The notes: generated from the sequence alone by a model not told the origin. 63,761 nt of DNA, filler included, from Octopus bimaculoides (GCF_001194135.2; 4 parts of 4 records of this genome joined end to end with filler, not necessarily neighbours in it); one strand, 5' to 3'. Numbered from the whole stretch's first letter, positions 12,400-26,824 are shown. Numbers and translations: made by a program.

Positions 12400-12660
12400 A
12401 GTTTTCTTACAAGGCCTAACGGGACATGTCAGCAAGCTGATTAGAACTGTAAACGGCCATATGTTGGGAATCTTCCATGTTGCTGTTGGTTACACTAGCA
12501 TTTCAATGTTGACTCCGACACTTCATTTGGGTTTCTCTCTTGTTCAATGCTGTTATGTAGAGTTATCTATTTCCCAGCGCAAATCATCTCCGCTTTTCCT
12601 TTCTTATTCTCTCTGCGCACGACCTTTGCAATCCATTTAACATCGGTGAGATGGACAGAG
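12400..12660 (-). mobile_element. Decayed RTE-like LINE C-terminal remnant
   Basis: Minus-strand translation resembles the RTE ORF end (W..KR..G...DDL). Heavily mutated. Confidence 0.35.
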
Positions 12661-14400
12661 TTGATGTTTCATTTTTAACCATTGGAGTGACACATTAGCT
12701 TGAAAACTTCAGAAAATATTATGAGAAGCAATGAAATTATTTTGGTGAGGAAAAGTTGAACTAACGTCAACGGTGGATAATGCCAGACAAATTGAATCTA
12801 TGGTGGTGGTACGAGACCGGCGAGTTTCTATTAGCAGGAGTCATTGGAGTACATGTAGCCATGTCAAATGATGGCTAGGATGTCTGTCACCCACAGAATG
12901 CCATGCCATGTGTATATGAGTGGCATCTGAACAATCAGTCCAATATAGTTTCTTTACATATCTAATATCTCTATTTGCTATAACAGCGCCCTTTCAGATG
13001 CATAAGAAATAAATCCTTTGTGCATCTCACCTGTGCTTTGTAATGTAAATGGCTGACAGGGTCTGAATAATATCTGGCCTTAAAGATAAACTCTAGTATT
13101 GTGATGCAGACATTGTTATGTGCTGAGACATTTTCAGACTTGTATTATTAGAAAGCTTCACTGATTTTGTTTTTGGTGCCTCATATTTATTTGCAAAGTA
13201 CGATATTACTTCTTTTTCGTTTTATTTTGTTGTCATCAGTCTCCAGTATTTTGATGAATAATTTAATATTTCCTGTTTCAATTGGAAGAGATCCTTAGCG
13301 AGATGAAGCGAAATCTAATATAAAAGACTAATACGATAACCAATTTCTATCACTCTTATCTCCTCCCCCGTCTTGATTTAATTAATATTATAATTTCAAC
13401 AATATTCCAAGTGGTTAAGGGGATAATTTATCGGCCTTATGTCAAAAGCGGCTTCAAATATTTCATCATATTGCTGTGCAAAACGATCAAATTTTGTATT
13501 GTCTCTATTGACTTCACTTCTTATTCTGCAGCTAAACATGCACATCTCAAATTAAATCGAAAAATGTCCGAAAATCTGTCGCTTACCTACACAGAACAAA
13601 TACTGACTCCCAGACACATTGTCTCATATAGTTCTTTTTTTTAGGTCTACAACGCTGGCACGTTGTCTTTTATGCCACCACTAATCAGCCACTTCTGACT
13701 CATTAATATCTATTTAATTTTTTTGTCGTATTCATATCTAAGCCCCGCACGATCCACGTAGATAATTTATTCATCCTTTGAGCGTCAGCCGTCTGTAAAA
13801 CACATCTTCCCCATGAAGTTTCCTACAGCTTTTATCTCAATCGTAATAATTCAAGGAGAACATTAGCCAAGTGAATGATACCGATCTTGGGAAAGCCTGT
13901 GAATTCCATTGTTATATCAACTTCTTTGAAATTACATAATGTGAAATGGAAATAGTTGATGTCGTGCAACAGTAATAGGAACAACGTTAACAACGGGTAC
14001 GATCATCTTGTAACTCTGATCTGAAAACTAAAACCAGAGCTAAAAGACAGCTCTCAATGCATTTCTGATTTACGACTTAATTCATAAATGTATTTTTGTA
14101 AATAATTTAACAATAATATCTGCAAAATGTTATCGTAAGTGGATTAAAATATGAAAGACATAATTTTTAATTGTGGAAGACAATTTAATATCAATGCATC
14201 TATCTGGTTGCTCTTCTGCCTCCCAGTTTGTGTCTCTATCTCTATACACATATATGTATGTATACGTGTGTCTATATGTGTATGTGTGTATGCGTACATA
14301 CATACACAATACATACATACATACATACATACATACATACATACNNNNNNNNNNTAATAATAATAATAATAATATATATATATATAATAATAATAATAAT

Positions 14401-14480
14401 AAGCCAGGAGATATAAGACTTGAATACGATTACGGCCGTTTCGCAGCCTTCTTCATGGAATAATAATTTCAGTGTAGAAT
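14401..14480 (-). ncRNA. Possible third, more decayed minimal hammerhead / PLE pseudo-LTR remnant
   Basis: Minus strand ccATGAAGA-aggctgc-GAAAC-ggcc-GTA, with palindromic helix III ACGGCCGT, next to a (TAA)n tract. Helices I and II are poor. Confidence 0.3.
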
Positions 14481-15199
14481 AGATCATATTTCGATATCTG
14501 AAGTAATATGCATGCTGTACATTAAAAATATATTTGTATATTTAAACATTTGGAAGATCGGTGCAAAATATATTTAGCACCGATATTTAAAAAAATATAT
14601 GTTGTTTCATATCAATTAAGGTACTGGATCTAAGTTCAGGGAATTGAACATCCTTAATGTTAACAAAAAACAGAATGGGATACGGAGAGGAAGTAAAATA
14701 GTTATAGGAAATATTTAAAAAATGTTTATTACACCAATACTTAATATCTGAACTACGTTTTACATGTTATTGAAGTTATACCCTCTAATGACCGCATGAT
14801 TTTGTAGTTATGCACTCTGAAACCTGTATGAACTCCTAATTGCATCTATCTTAGATATTCTTTTCCTTTTATCATTATACCTGATTCATTAAATTTCCTT
14901 TTACAATCCAGTTGGCAGATTCAATCTGATACAAGTGTTTACGTCTAGCTTTATGGACAGATTATATGTTTGTATCCACATATTACTACGTAATCCTGTA
15001 TACACGTTTGTTTTATTAAAATAACTATATGTACTTGGATGTATTTGCACCTATTTGTATGCGGCTGCGTATTCATACGTGTATATATGTGCATATAAAT
15101 GTATAGGTGTACATATTTGATTGCATGGGTGTATGTGCAGCTGAATGTGCTTCTATAGATATGTATGTGCATCAGATTTACTATGTGTATGTGAACATG

Positions 15200-16105
15200 T
15201 ACGAGGTGCTATCAAAACGTTTCCCGCCTAGTTTTGTAGCGCGCCAATAGAGGGTATCACACAGTTGTGTGCGCAATGAGAGCTAGCCGCGAGCCTCATG
15301 AGGTAGTGTATGGAGTGACGTCATTGTGTTTACTTCGCAAGTTGTGAAATTTGTGTTGTGGTAATTACCTGTATGCTATAGTCTGCCATTTTGTCATGGA
15401 CAGGAGCAGCGTGTTAATGTGAAATTTGCTTTAAAACATTAATATTAGCAACAGAAGCATTGAGCATGCTTTGGCAAGCTTACGGCAACGAAGTAACGGG
15501 TCATCAACAATATTTCGAGTGGCACAAGCGCATCAACATCGAAACAAAGTTCTGGATACAGGGTGTACGAACTGGAAGGCCTGCCTCTAGCGCCACTCCT
15601 GGAAATGTGGTATTGTGGATCGAGAACTCGGATCCCAAGGCCAGACCGTCAATCGGGAGTTAAACTGCGACGTTTTGAAGATCTTGAGGGACGACATTCG
15701 GCGAAAGAATCCGGATCTAGGGAGAGCGAAGCATTAAATTCTTCACCAAACCTTCTTACCTCGAGAGTTTCTCGTCGAAAACAACAAGGTATAATTTCAC
15801 CACCCTAGCTATTCGCCAGATTTAACACGTATTGACTTCGATTTCTTCCCCAAGATTAATATGCAGTTCAAAGGGGCTGATTTAACACCGTTGTCGAGAT
15901 CCAGAGCGAATAACAGAAGGTCCTCGACTTGCTTACGGAATACGAGTTCCAGGCTGAATTTCAAAAGCGGCAGGGACGCTGAAATGAGTGTATTGTTGTG
16001 CAAGGTGTCTATCTCCAAGGAGATAATGTTAAAACTTGGGTAAATAACTTCATTTTTTAAAAATTAAATATAACTAGTCCATTTATTTTCTGATACCAAC
16101 TCGTA
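15200..16105 (+). mobile_element. mariner-family DNA transposon, internally deleted
   Basis: Imperfect TIRs tacgaggtgctatcaaaacg..actagt and actagt..ctgataccaactcgta. Remnants EQRVNVKF, ALSMLWQAYG, FEWHKR and the mariner YSPDL motif (tattcgccagattta, about 15810). Confidence 0.85.
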
Positions 16106-16216
16106 TGTATATGCGCATGCATGTGTGTCTATACATGTATATCTACATGTATATATGCCAACCGGCACATATAAGTGCATATTCATATGCATGCAGTTGT
16201 ATGTCTAAATGCCTTT

Positions 16217-16252
<36 letters not shown>

Positions 16253-17254
16253 AAAATAAGAGAAAGTAAAAAATTCTAAAATAATTTTACGATGAAATAC
16301 CTTTTGTAACAGTTAGTACTGGTTTCAGTAATTTCGACTTCTTCAACTAAGAGTTAAAAGAAAGGTGGATATTAATTAAGAAGAAAAACAATTAAATTAA
16401 AGAAAAATTTGAATGAAATGTTTTGTAAATATTTCCATAGTCTTCAAATAGGTAGGACATTTTCTTTTTTTTTCCATCTCTCACTCTGTTTCTCTCTCTC
16501 TGTGTTTCTCTCTCCCTCTCTCTATCTTTGCCTTTTTAGCGTTTGTACAATTAAGTTAAAGAAGTACTTGTTTTTAAGAAGAAGTATTCTTCTGGTGCAT
16601 GCAGGTAATAAATAATGGTCGCAGCAAAGGAAAATTTACAAAAGTATTAAAAAAATATGCAGAATTTAGATATTTAGAGAGAAATTAGTGAGAATCAGAC
16701 ATAGAAGATGTATTCAGATAAAGAGCTGAGTCGAAGTAATTAGATCAAAAATATATTGATATAGTTATTAAGTTAAATAAAGAATGCGTTAACAGAATAT
16801 GTCTTCTAGAAGCTGACAATGTTAATTTATATTAAATCAAATACATCTTTCAGAAATTCTTACGAGATATTTTTGTCTTTGAAAATGTTCCACAATATTT
16901 CTTCTGAGTTAGTCAAATCCACTTAGGCAAAACTACCTCCAAATCACTAAGTCATTCCTTCCGTAATAATTACTTACTCAGTGTATATTAAGATTCTTTA
17001 TTTATTCTCCTTTCAGAATTTATTTTGTGATGATTGCATTACTTCAAATTATTTGTCCTTCTCAATTCAATCACAGAAAAAGAAAGCCTGAAGTTTGGAT
17101 AATCGCTTAGAGCTGCATTGTTACGTGTCTATGTTTTGAGTTCAAATAACATCAGCATCAAAATTGTCTTTTATTCCACGTGAAGTGGTTGAAATGAAAT
17201 AATGGTTGAAATATTGGTATCGTTGTTATCGATTATCCCCACAATCCCACTGAA

Positions 17255-17470
17255 ATTCTAGGTTCAAATTTTGGTACAATGCCAAAAATTCTGGTGGAGT
17301 GATTAAATCAATTACATCAACTCCAGTGCTAGGCTATTTCTTATTTTATTGAACCTGAAATAATGATAGGCCATGTCGACCCCAGTGGCGTTTGGACTTG
17401 GAGAGGAAAATCAGAAGAAATACTACTAAGCACTTTTTCCGGTGCGGTAACGATTTTACCAACTCGAAAC
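17255..17470 (-). mobile_element. Meta-domain-type tRNA SINE, diverged
   Basis: Matches the reverse complement of the family seen at 52590-52790 and 61686-61845. Confidence 0.6.
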
Positions 17471-18092
17471 TCTTATGAACTGAAATAACATGTAATTGTG
17501 CCTTAATCAGAAGCTTTTATAGTTGGCTATTCCCCAGGACAAACTCATTTAAATAAATCGTTGACCAAATTTTTCAGGTCACGATAATCCCATTCATACT
17601 CTTTGCATACTGTGGGCCATATTATGTGTTGAGACCGTTATTTATTTATTTTCTCTTTTACAGACAGGGATTGGTGTCATAATTTGATTCCAGCGCCCCA
17701 GTAGGGAACTCTCTCGTCAGTTCATTCTTTGAACAAACTTAGAATTAAATTACAGCGTTTCATATACTCGGCCAATAATCCCTTAGGGAACATCTAGGTG
17801 GCCGTTCATACTTTTAGAAACAGCTGCCAAATCTCGTAAATGTCACTTGAGGCCGTCTAATGTATTAAAAAAGAAATATTGTTTAACGCGTCACCAGATA
17901 TACAAATATTTGATGCGAGCAACATTAGTCTTGACCTCAAACGCTTTATATCACGATTGAGCTGACGTTAAAATGGAACAGCAAAAGTAGGCTCGTTATG
18001 TTTTTTTCATCTCACATAAATTCCCTTTTCTTTTCACATGTCGTGTTTCATCAATCAATAAGCGAGTTACTAATCACTTTAAATCTACCTTA

Positions 18093-18251
18093 GGCGCAGG
18101 TGTAGTGAGAAGCTCGCTTCCCAACGACATAATTCCGGGTTCAGTCCCACTGCGTGGCATCTTGGGCAAATGTCTTCTTCTACGTCTATATCCTCGGGCA
18201 GACCAAAGTCTTTTGAGTGAATTTTGTAGACGAAAAGCAAAAGAAGCCAGT

Positions 18252-18292
<41 letters not shown>

Positions 18293-18515
18293 TTAAGTGT
18301 TTGTGTCTTTGTGTCTGTGTTTGTGCCTCCGCCTTCGCTTGATAACCGATGTTGGTGTGTTTACGTCCTTGTAATTTAGTAGCTCAGCAAAAAATACCGA
18401 AAGAACTGGTGCGAGGCTTACAACGAATAATTCCAAGGGTCGGTTTCTTCGATTAAAGGCTGTGCTCTAGCATGGCTGTAGTGCAATGACTGGAGCAATT
18501 AAAAGAATAAAAAAA
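18093..18515 (+). mobile_element. Full-length CORE-type SINE with internal (TA)n
   Basis: ggcgcaggtgtagtgagaagctcgcttcc head, ggttcagtccc B box, gcatcttgggcaaatgtc core, internal microsatellite, 3' gcatggctgtagtgcaatgactggagcaattaaaag. Confidence 0.85.
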
Positions 18516-19259
18516 TATGTATATTCATTCTTTTCTGCATCTCTGTTCCTTATGCTACTACTCTGGCATAGATGGAAGATTCTTCTAAACCTATGATGGG
18601 AGGAAGTGTTTACAATATTTCTAGAGATGCTGCGACAGAAAGATAGCTGTCCCATTAGAATTTTTTTTAAATTATAGAACCAATTAGTTCCGCTGTAATG
18701 CGAAACAATTATGGTAATTTAGTAGTGGATTGACGAATAACTACTACTTGTTGAGTTCCCTTCTCTGACAGTAGAGAACAGATTCTAAGCTGTTACTCCA
18801 TTCTCGTTAGATATGCATCTCAAAGACATTTCAGTTACATAATGTACCCTCTCACAATCTTGCATCTTCCAATTTGTAGAGTCAAATATTTCCAAAGATA
18901 AAGATTTTGAGCCGATGTCATCCGTAACTAATAATGGAACTCGATAATGGAATACTCTACCAAACATTTAATAAAGGAGCATGAAATTGTTCACTAGATT
19001 GAGACTAGTAGCCAAAACTCTTATTTCTTTATTGCCCAGAAGGGGCTAAACGTAGAGGGGACAAACAGTCTGATGCCGTCCGAAGAATCGGTGATCATGA
19101 ATGATGCATCTTTGACTGTAAATAACTTGATGGCTTGCCGTAATTATTTGCCTGTACTGTCTTAGTCGACGATGGCATGGACCATGTTATGGTGATAATA
19201 TCTTTTCGTTGCTTCGATCATTCCCTGGTCGAGCGGATGAATCTTTGAAGTTCAATGGT

Positions 19260-20300
19260 AAAAGCAAACACTTTATAGCTGCTTTTGGCGTACGAATTGG
19301 CTGCCTTTCAAACTGTAGTATCCGGCGTTTGCAACAAGCAAAAAATACATGTTGTTCAATTTCAGCGCTCGCTTAATGTAACCGAACAGCAAAGTTTTTC
19401 GATCAATTAAGATGAAATGTTTTGGCTTCTCAAAATCATAAACAGAAAAAGTGGATATGTAATCCATTCCTTGTTTTGTGTTTCGTACTTCTCGGGAAAC
19501 GAGTTTTTGCTTGCATTTGTGGAAGCAGTGTAGATTAGCCTAACGTCAAGGCAGACAAGTTGTAATTTATGAGTTCCAGTGATCGGAACATTAGGGAAAA
19601 TTGTAATGCGGTTCTTCTCTTTTTTTTTATGTTCCGATGCCTGATTTTCCTCAATGTACGCAAGAGATTGTCTGGAAATGCAAACCAAAATAATCACTTT
19701 CATCGGCGTTCTACACATGATCATAATTTTCTTTACAACTGATGGATTTTAGTTTTTGCATAAATTCCTCCATGACCCCGTCATCCGCCTACATTTGCTC
19801 TCGAAGAACGCTGAGTTGACTAATGCAACGACGATCTTTAAAAACGTTGGTGACTTTCCCTGATTGGGCTCCGTTTATGGAAAGCTGAGGCTTTTTCTTA
19901 TTACATCTGTCTTAACACGAATATCTCACTTTTACGTTGCCATCAAAATCAGAATAACAGAGACCGATCGTGATTCTCATCTTTCGCTGAATTCATGAGT
20001 TTTCTTTTTAAAACATGAGAAATTCCGCTTTCGCTGATGAATTTCGCAAACGCCTGTTTTATTTTTTTGGTGTTGGATACATTTTTGCCGGTGTTGTATT
20101 CTTGTGCAATCCTTACCGCATCTTCACAATGATGCAGACTCTGTAAAATCCCAATATTCTGTTCGATTATCGACGTTGTGTTCGCTTTCTCTTCACGGAC
20201 CTGGTAATGTCAAATAAACTCGGTCACTTGTAAGAGATGTACTGCCAGGATATATACGGAGAAGAAAGAAACGAACTAATGACTTTTGCCATGGCTTTCA
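19260..20300 (-). mobile_element. Highly decayed DNA transposon (possibly CMC/Chapaev-like)
   Basis: Broken minus-strand frames include EPNQGK (like the EAHHGK..DG motif) and ITIFPNVPITGTHKL. Weak. Confidence 0.3.
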
Positions 20301-20757
20301 GTGTTTTAGCATGTGAATAACTTTTATGTAAAATTATTTTTAAATTGTTTAAAGCGACTGATTGAAATCAAACAAGCCCACCGACTAACAAATGGATGAT
20401 TTTGATGCCTGCAAAAAAAAAAAAAAAGACTGAAAAAGATCGTGGCGTAAATGTCGATCGGTAACACGTCTTTGATGAACCGTTTTTTGTACTTGCTCTC
20501 TGCAGTTTTATGTGTTAAAATCATCTTCATCGATACTAACTGCTACAATTTGAGCCAAATTAGCGGCAGGTGGCATTTATTTGCTTTTAATCAATCCAAA
20601 CGAAAGAGGCAATGCACAAACCATTGTTATATTCGAATATCAGTTTACGCTGTATGGCTCATTAAATATTCATGGACCCTGCGGATCGTGTTGAGATAAA
20701 CTGTAACTCAGGTAATTAATGTTCGAATAANNNNNNNNNNNNNNNNNNNNNNNNNNN

Positions 20758-20805
<48 letters not shown>

Positions 20806-23344
20806 AATATCCCCTGAAATCTTCTTACGTAAATATCGCTAGTAATTTAATCACCGCTGTACTTATAACGTAGATGGAGAGAACACTCCGTTTGGGATTA
20901 ATGTACTGATATTAAGTAAACGCACACACCCACTGCATAACAAATGCCACATAATTAATGAGCAAAACAAACGATTCCTAACTGAAAAACATATTTTTTA
21001 ATTAGATATTTCTTCTGAAGGGCAGTCCATATTTATGGTCTGTGTGCGCAAGTCATTCGTTTGTCATTGAAATGCATTTGTTTTAAGCATGTCTTTTTCT
21101 TTATATATAGTTGCCACATTCCCTATGCAGTTGCTTTTATTAACTTTTTATATAGAATATATAACTACAATATTCGCTTCATCTTTACAACATTTGCAAT
21201 TCGACACCAGCAGTCTGGAGCGTAAATATGTGTTGCCTCGAAGCATTAATTGCTTTAAGAAACAACGCAAGAAAACTATTACATAACACTCGTTGAAAAC
21301 TCGGCTACACTGGTTCAGCAGATCAAGTGTAATAGCCCAAAGTCGCTGAATTATAGAAAGAAAATTAGCATCGCGAAGCATTTTACGGTTATGGGGGGGG
21401 GGAATTATTATGGAAAATAGCAAAATAATGAACACATACACACACGCCAAAACATATTTTATTTATTACAGTTATCAGACTACGACCATGCTGTTACACC
21501 GTTTCAAGAATTCCAGTCAAATGAATCGATCCCACAAATTCTTTTCAGAAATCCATTCAGAAGGCTTCAAGGCTTTTGTCGGCTCATGGATTTAGTGGAA
21601 GACACTTGCAGAAGCTAACACGCTGTGGGACCAAACCCGGAACCTTCTTACCACCGAAGTACGCCTGCACTCCAACGAGGATGTTGTTTCGAATGTCTTA
21701 GATTTTTTTAAATAACAAACTGTGAAATTTCATGATGAAATCTCCGCTGTTGTCTAACACTTTTCTCCACATAAACGGGAGCAATTCTCCGCAGGACGTT
21801 TGATGTTATATCTACAAAAGCCTGCCTTTCTGATCTCTATAAACATGTTCTTTCATGGATATCAAGTCCGACTCTTCAAAGTCTATATATATCTGGGCGC
21901 TCGACAATGCACAAATTCAAGATCTTACAGTTTTCTAGCAATACCTTGTCACTATCAAATGTGAAATCCAAATTGTCTATTACTGCAAGCTTTTCTTACC
22001 TCTAATTCTTATCCATTTGCTTCTGTTGTCTGTGAAATATTCTCAGTCACCAGCACTATTTTTTAAAAGGTTTAAAATTGTTAATGTGACGTCACGAATT
22101 TTCTTATGCTGCTTGTCCTTGGAACACGTACCAACAAGTAAGTTTTCACAAAATAATCGTTTAGAATGCTTGATATCAAGATGTCTGATAGATGCCGTTC
22201 GTTAGAAATAGTACTTTAATGAGTAGTAATCGCATGCTGAGAAAGCACTAAACTTTTCCACCATTTCTGTATCTGGTGAGAAATTTATCCAACAGCTGTT
22301 TCAGAGCTGAGACATTCATGGAATACTGTCTAACTTAATTTAATGGATACGAGTTCCATTTTTTAAATGAGTATACCTAGGCTTTGATGACCCATGGAAT
22401 TGTAACTGCAAATCATGTTGGACAGTTACAACAGCTTGTCAAGTCAGATTCGTTTCTCAAGTGTTCTGAAATTATTTGAAATACATTAAGCTGAGTACGT
22501 GAGCTTAGGATCTATCTATGGATCAATCATTTCAGTGCATATCAGAAACGGTGCCACGTCTTAATTTCGTAGTGCTTTCTTACATGTAAATATTAATAAA
22601 ATATTTGCCAATATTTTATTGATTCGGTTTCGGACATACATTTGTGCCGTTATTGACTACGTCACATAATGTCTCTTTGGATTTCGGTCATGCACTGCGG
22701 ATATGATTTTACTCATCAGAAAGTTCAGAAAATGCAAGTTAATAGAGAGTCTCACTTCAACAATTTTCGCTTTGCATAATTTGTTGGGAAAATCAGATTG
22801 TTCATAAATGCCGATATATCTCTCATTTGAAACACAGTAATGAAGCTCTTTTTCAAATTGTGTTCCCTCGAAAGTGATTCATGTACGAAATGTGAAGCAG
22901 AGAGAGCAAAATCTGCTACAACTGTCCTCTATAATTTTTTTTGCTTGTGACTTAACACATACAATTACACTTTCGCATGCACTCACCTAATACACCCCCC
23001 CACACGCACACACAGACGCACAAATACACACACACAGCGTATGCACAGAAACATGTATTTATACCTACGAACATATGCGTATATATATATATATATNNNN
23101 NNNNNNNNNNNNNNNNNNNNNNNNNNNNNNNNNNNNNNNNTTAATTAATTAANNNNNNNNNNNNNNNNNNNNNNNNNNNNNNNNNNNNNNNNNNNNTATG
23201 TATACATATGTATGTATATATATATATATACATACATGTATATACACACACACACTCACTCACACACACACTCACACACACACACATACACACATACACA
23301 CATATATATATATATATATACATATACAAATGCATATACATCTA

Positions 23345-25430
23345 CATAAATAAATGGAGTTAAATGCAGATGTTATTCAAATCCTTTTACTCCCGACATA
23401 TGTTTCGAAGACAACATTGGTATTATTCCAGAAGGAATAAAATGGTGTAAAAGAATGCAATCTTCTAATCAGGGAAAGAAAGAAACCAAACACATCAATA
23501 AGACATTTTAACAGAATGTGATGACTGTGTATATGACGAAGGGATCGCTATCAAGTTTCTTTTTAAAAGACCGTTAGTAGACATAACGTCAACGGCAGTT
23601 TATAGAAAGAGAAAGAAAGAAATTATCAGAAAACTAATAGTGGAAATATATAGAGCGATAGGTAAATTAGAGTAAAGCTTAAAGTCATGGAAGTAGATAT
23701 ATTTAGTGAAATGCAATGTAAGAAGACAATCAAAGGTTGAATTTTATAGAATGGTAGGAATCACTTGTAGGAACTAAAGGTATGTTTCTGCCAATGTTCG
23801 CAACGATAAACGTGTTTACAAGGGGATTCTTTGAGAATAGGATAAAAAAAAAACAACATTTCACTATTACAAAGCGAGCAAAAAGATTTACCTTTGTCAT
23901 AAGGTAAAGAAATAAAGAGAATATTCCATTCCACATTAAATTGTTTATGATCTTTTAGATACCAGATTAATTTACTAAGCCCAGTATTGTTACGTTTATT
24001 GATATGCCTGAATGTAGAGTAATGATTAGATATTCTTTTGGACAACTGAGATGAAGAACTACCAATATAAAAAAAAGACGTAAGAACAGGAAGTAGTTCT
24101 ACATTGATAAATAGAGTTTCTAGGCTTAGAATTACTGCTAATAAAACGAATGCGATTGGAGTTGACTTCAGAAACAATAATACCGCTGTTATTATTATTT
24201 AAAGAATGGTTAGTGCTAACAAAATTAATGTTCGTATTTCCATTAAGTGGATTTGTATTTAACAATTTATTATTATGCAAAGAGATGATTTGTGAAAGAT
24301 CTTTTTCTGTGTTAGAGAAGCCTGATAACAAAATAGTTACCGCATATGGAGTTATTTGATATAAATGCATCACTTAAGGATATACCCATTCCCCCAAGCA
24401 GGGTTTTCCGCAAGCAACTCATTCGTAAGACAAACTCCTTTATTAACCGTATGAGATGGCTTGCTTTTTCCTTCGACAATAAAGACATTAAACAGCCCTC
24501 TAACGATCCAGTTTCTAAATTCAAAAAATTATTTAAATCTAGAAACAATTCTCCACCTAACCCAAGATTGAAACAGTTTGAAAACGATCTTTGGTCTATC
24601 GTGAGGAATGTGAAATTCCACTGTTCACTCTTAAGGAATAAACATCTGAGATATCTTCACAATATCACAAAAGAAATTCATATTATGAATGGGATACTGG
24701 TTCAATCGGATAAAACAGGAAACCTGTACAGGCTTACCAAGGTCAATTACCTAGAATTGCTTAGAAAAGAAATACAAAAGAATTATAGGCAAAAGTGCAA
24801 TCAGGAAAACCAACCTTGGGGCTAAGAAAATTATGGAGAAGTATGACTTACCGATGAAGACAGAACCCCTTGATCCTAAACAGCCTCATTTCATTTCGAA
24901 AGATCAGAAGCAAAGTTTTTTTAATAACACATCCTTCTTGCTCTGACATCGGTGTATTTAGCAAAAATATTCTTGACAAATATATTCCTACCTTTGTTTA
25001 AAAAATTAAAGCTTAATTTATGCTCCAATTCGTTCTAAGTGGTCGAGTGGTTTAATTCTGTTAATAACAAGAAGTGCACTGAGTTTATCCAGTTTGACAT
25101 TTCTAGTTTCTATTCTTCTATCAACCCAATTGTACTTAACAAGGCATTCTGGCTTGCTCACAACAAAGCAGGTCTCACCAAGGCTGAAATTAATGTCGTG
25201 TTGGCCGCCAGAAAATCTATTATTAAATTTGATAACAAGCTATGGGTCCGTAAAGATACACCCGACAGTTTTGATGTCATGATGGGAAGTTCTGATTCAG
25301 CACAAATCGCTGATTTGGTCGGTATATATATCCCTTATGAGATGGCTGACCAATTCCCAAACATCAATGGAGGTCTATATCGTGAAGATTGTCTACTCTA
25401 CCTTCAAACGCTTCTAACCAAAAATTACAG
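23345..25430 (+). mobile_element. Penelope-like retroelement copy 2: plus-strand ORF start and RT, preceded head-to-head by an inverted thumb-linker/GIY-YIG/3' UTR arm
   Basis: Plus ORF 24346-24825 (MELFDINASLKDIPIPP..RMRWLAF..SDKTGNLY) and 25039-25464 (FIQFDISSFYSSI; FDVMMGSSDSAQIADLVG; GGLYREDCL). Minus ORF 23761-24177 (FYIGSSSSQLSKRISNHYSTF..TGLSKLIWYLK..WNIL..CSLCNSE) is the endonuclease. Inversion junction at about 24325. Confidence 0.9.
23389..23478 (-). ncRNA. Degenerate type I hammerhead ribozyme in the PLE pseudo-LTR (copy 2)
   Basis: Minus strand tttcc-CTGATTA-gaagattgcatt...aatgttgtcttc-GAAAC-atat-GTC-gggag. One core substitution (G8 to U). The helix II loop contains an extra hairpin, ttattcc-ttct-ggaataa. 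Confidence 0.75.
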
Positions 25431-25519
25431 TACTGCATTTATAAACGTGTATTATTTATACTAATGTAGAGTTACTTGTTTTTATTTAACTATTGAAGAA
25501 AAATATATTTTTTTAAAGT

Positions 25520-25607
25520 AAAAGGTAACCACCTCTTATTCGGAAAAATCAGTAATCCGGAACGGCCTTGGAACCGAAAGTTCCGGAAAATCAATGTTGC
25601 ACCTTTA
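25520..25607. mobile_element. Short pogo/Tigger-like MITE
   Basis: Imperfect terminal inverted repeats aaaggtaaccacctcttattcggaa / ttccggaaaatcaatgttgcaccttt. Confidence 0.4.
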
Positions 25608-26226
25608 TTCATGCATGTATGTGTGTGTGCGTGCCTGTTTATGTTGTGTAAGTGTGTGTCATATGATATATGAAAACGCTTAGAGGCTGACTAGTCTGAG
25701 AGACATTCATTTGTGAGTTAAACAATACTAGAGGTAAGTTAGTATAACAGATAATGACATAGAATGACGCGTTGAGAAAGTTATTGAACAAACGAAAGGA
25801 AAACGATGAAAGTGACTCAGATAGAAGTAGATAACTGCAGTTATATTAGGTATATGCTCATTTATATTGAATGAAAATGTCCAATCCATATAGAGAGATA
25901 AAGTAGGAGAGACAAACATGTTTTCAGCTACTTTGGTAATTGAAAGAGCGAAAAATAATGCGAACAAGCGAGAGATGTAGAACATTATAAGAAATATAAT
26001 AAATATCAAAAAATTGAAAATAGAATTTATCGGAGCTATTCAATGAAATAAATATGCTAAGGTAAATTGGAATTGATATCTTAAACGATAAATGTCTTCC
26101 TGAGGAAAAATTCGTAACAAGAGAGAAAATAAGATAATGATGAATGATATCAAAGAAAAGTACAAGTGTGAAGAAGCACAACAGAATCTGATAAAGTGTA
26201 TAAGAGATACACACACATACACAAAC

Positions 26227-26323
<97 letters not shown>

Positions 26324-26786
26324 GTTATTCTATATTCATTTCAGAATATATTTATAGATTTTTATAAAAATTGTTTGCAACAGGCATATGTGAATGCTTT
26401 GTGTCTGTGTTCAATATTTTAAAGAAAATGTCGATGAGCTGGACTAGAATTTATCCTATGTCGAGCTTTCATCATGTACCGCCTATCATTCTTAACTCCC
26501 CGTGGAAACACTGCTTTACATTAGGACGACTTTAACGCGCCAATGAACTATTCATCCCACTAGGTGCAGTGAATATGCTCCATATAGGAAACCCCTTAAT
26601 AATAGTAAGGTTATCAGCTTTGTCCCCATAACGGTTGAAAGTATTCGGTTGCCAGCGGAATCTCAAAAGAAGATTGTAATTAATTTTTTCCCTCGTTGTC
26701 TGTTCATGAAGATATTGTATTTAAGTGATGGTGCTTATTTCTGTCGATTTCATACAATGGTGTTGCAAAAATATACAGATATATTG

Positions 26787-26824
<38 letters not shown>

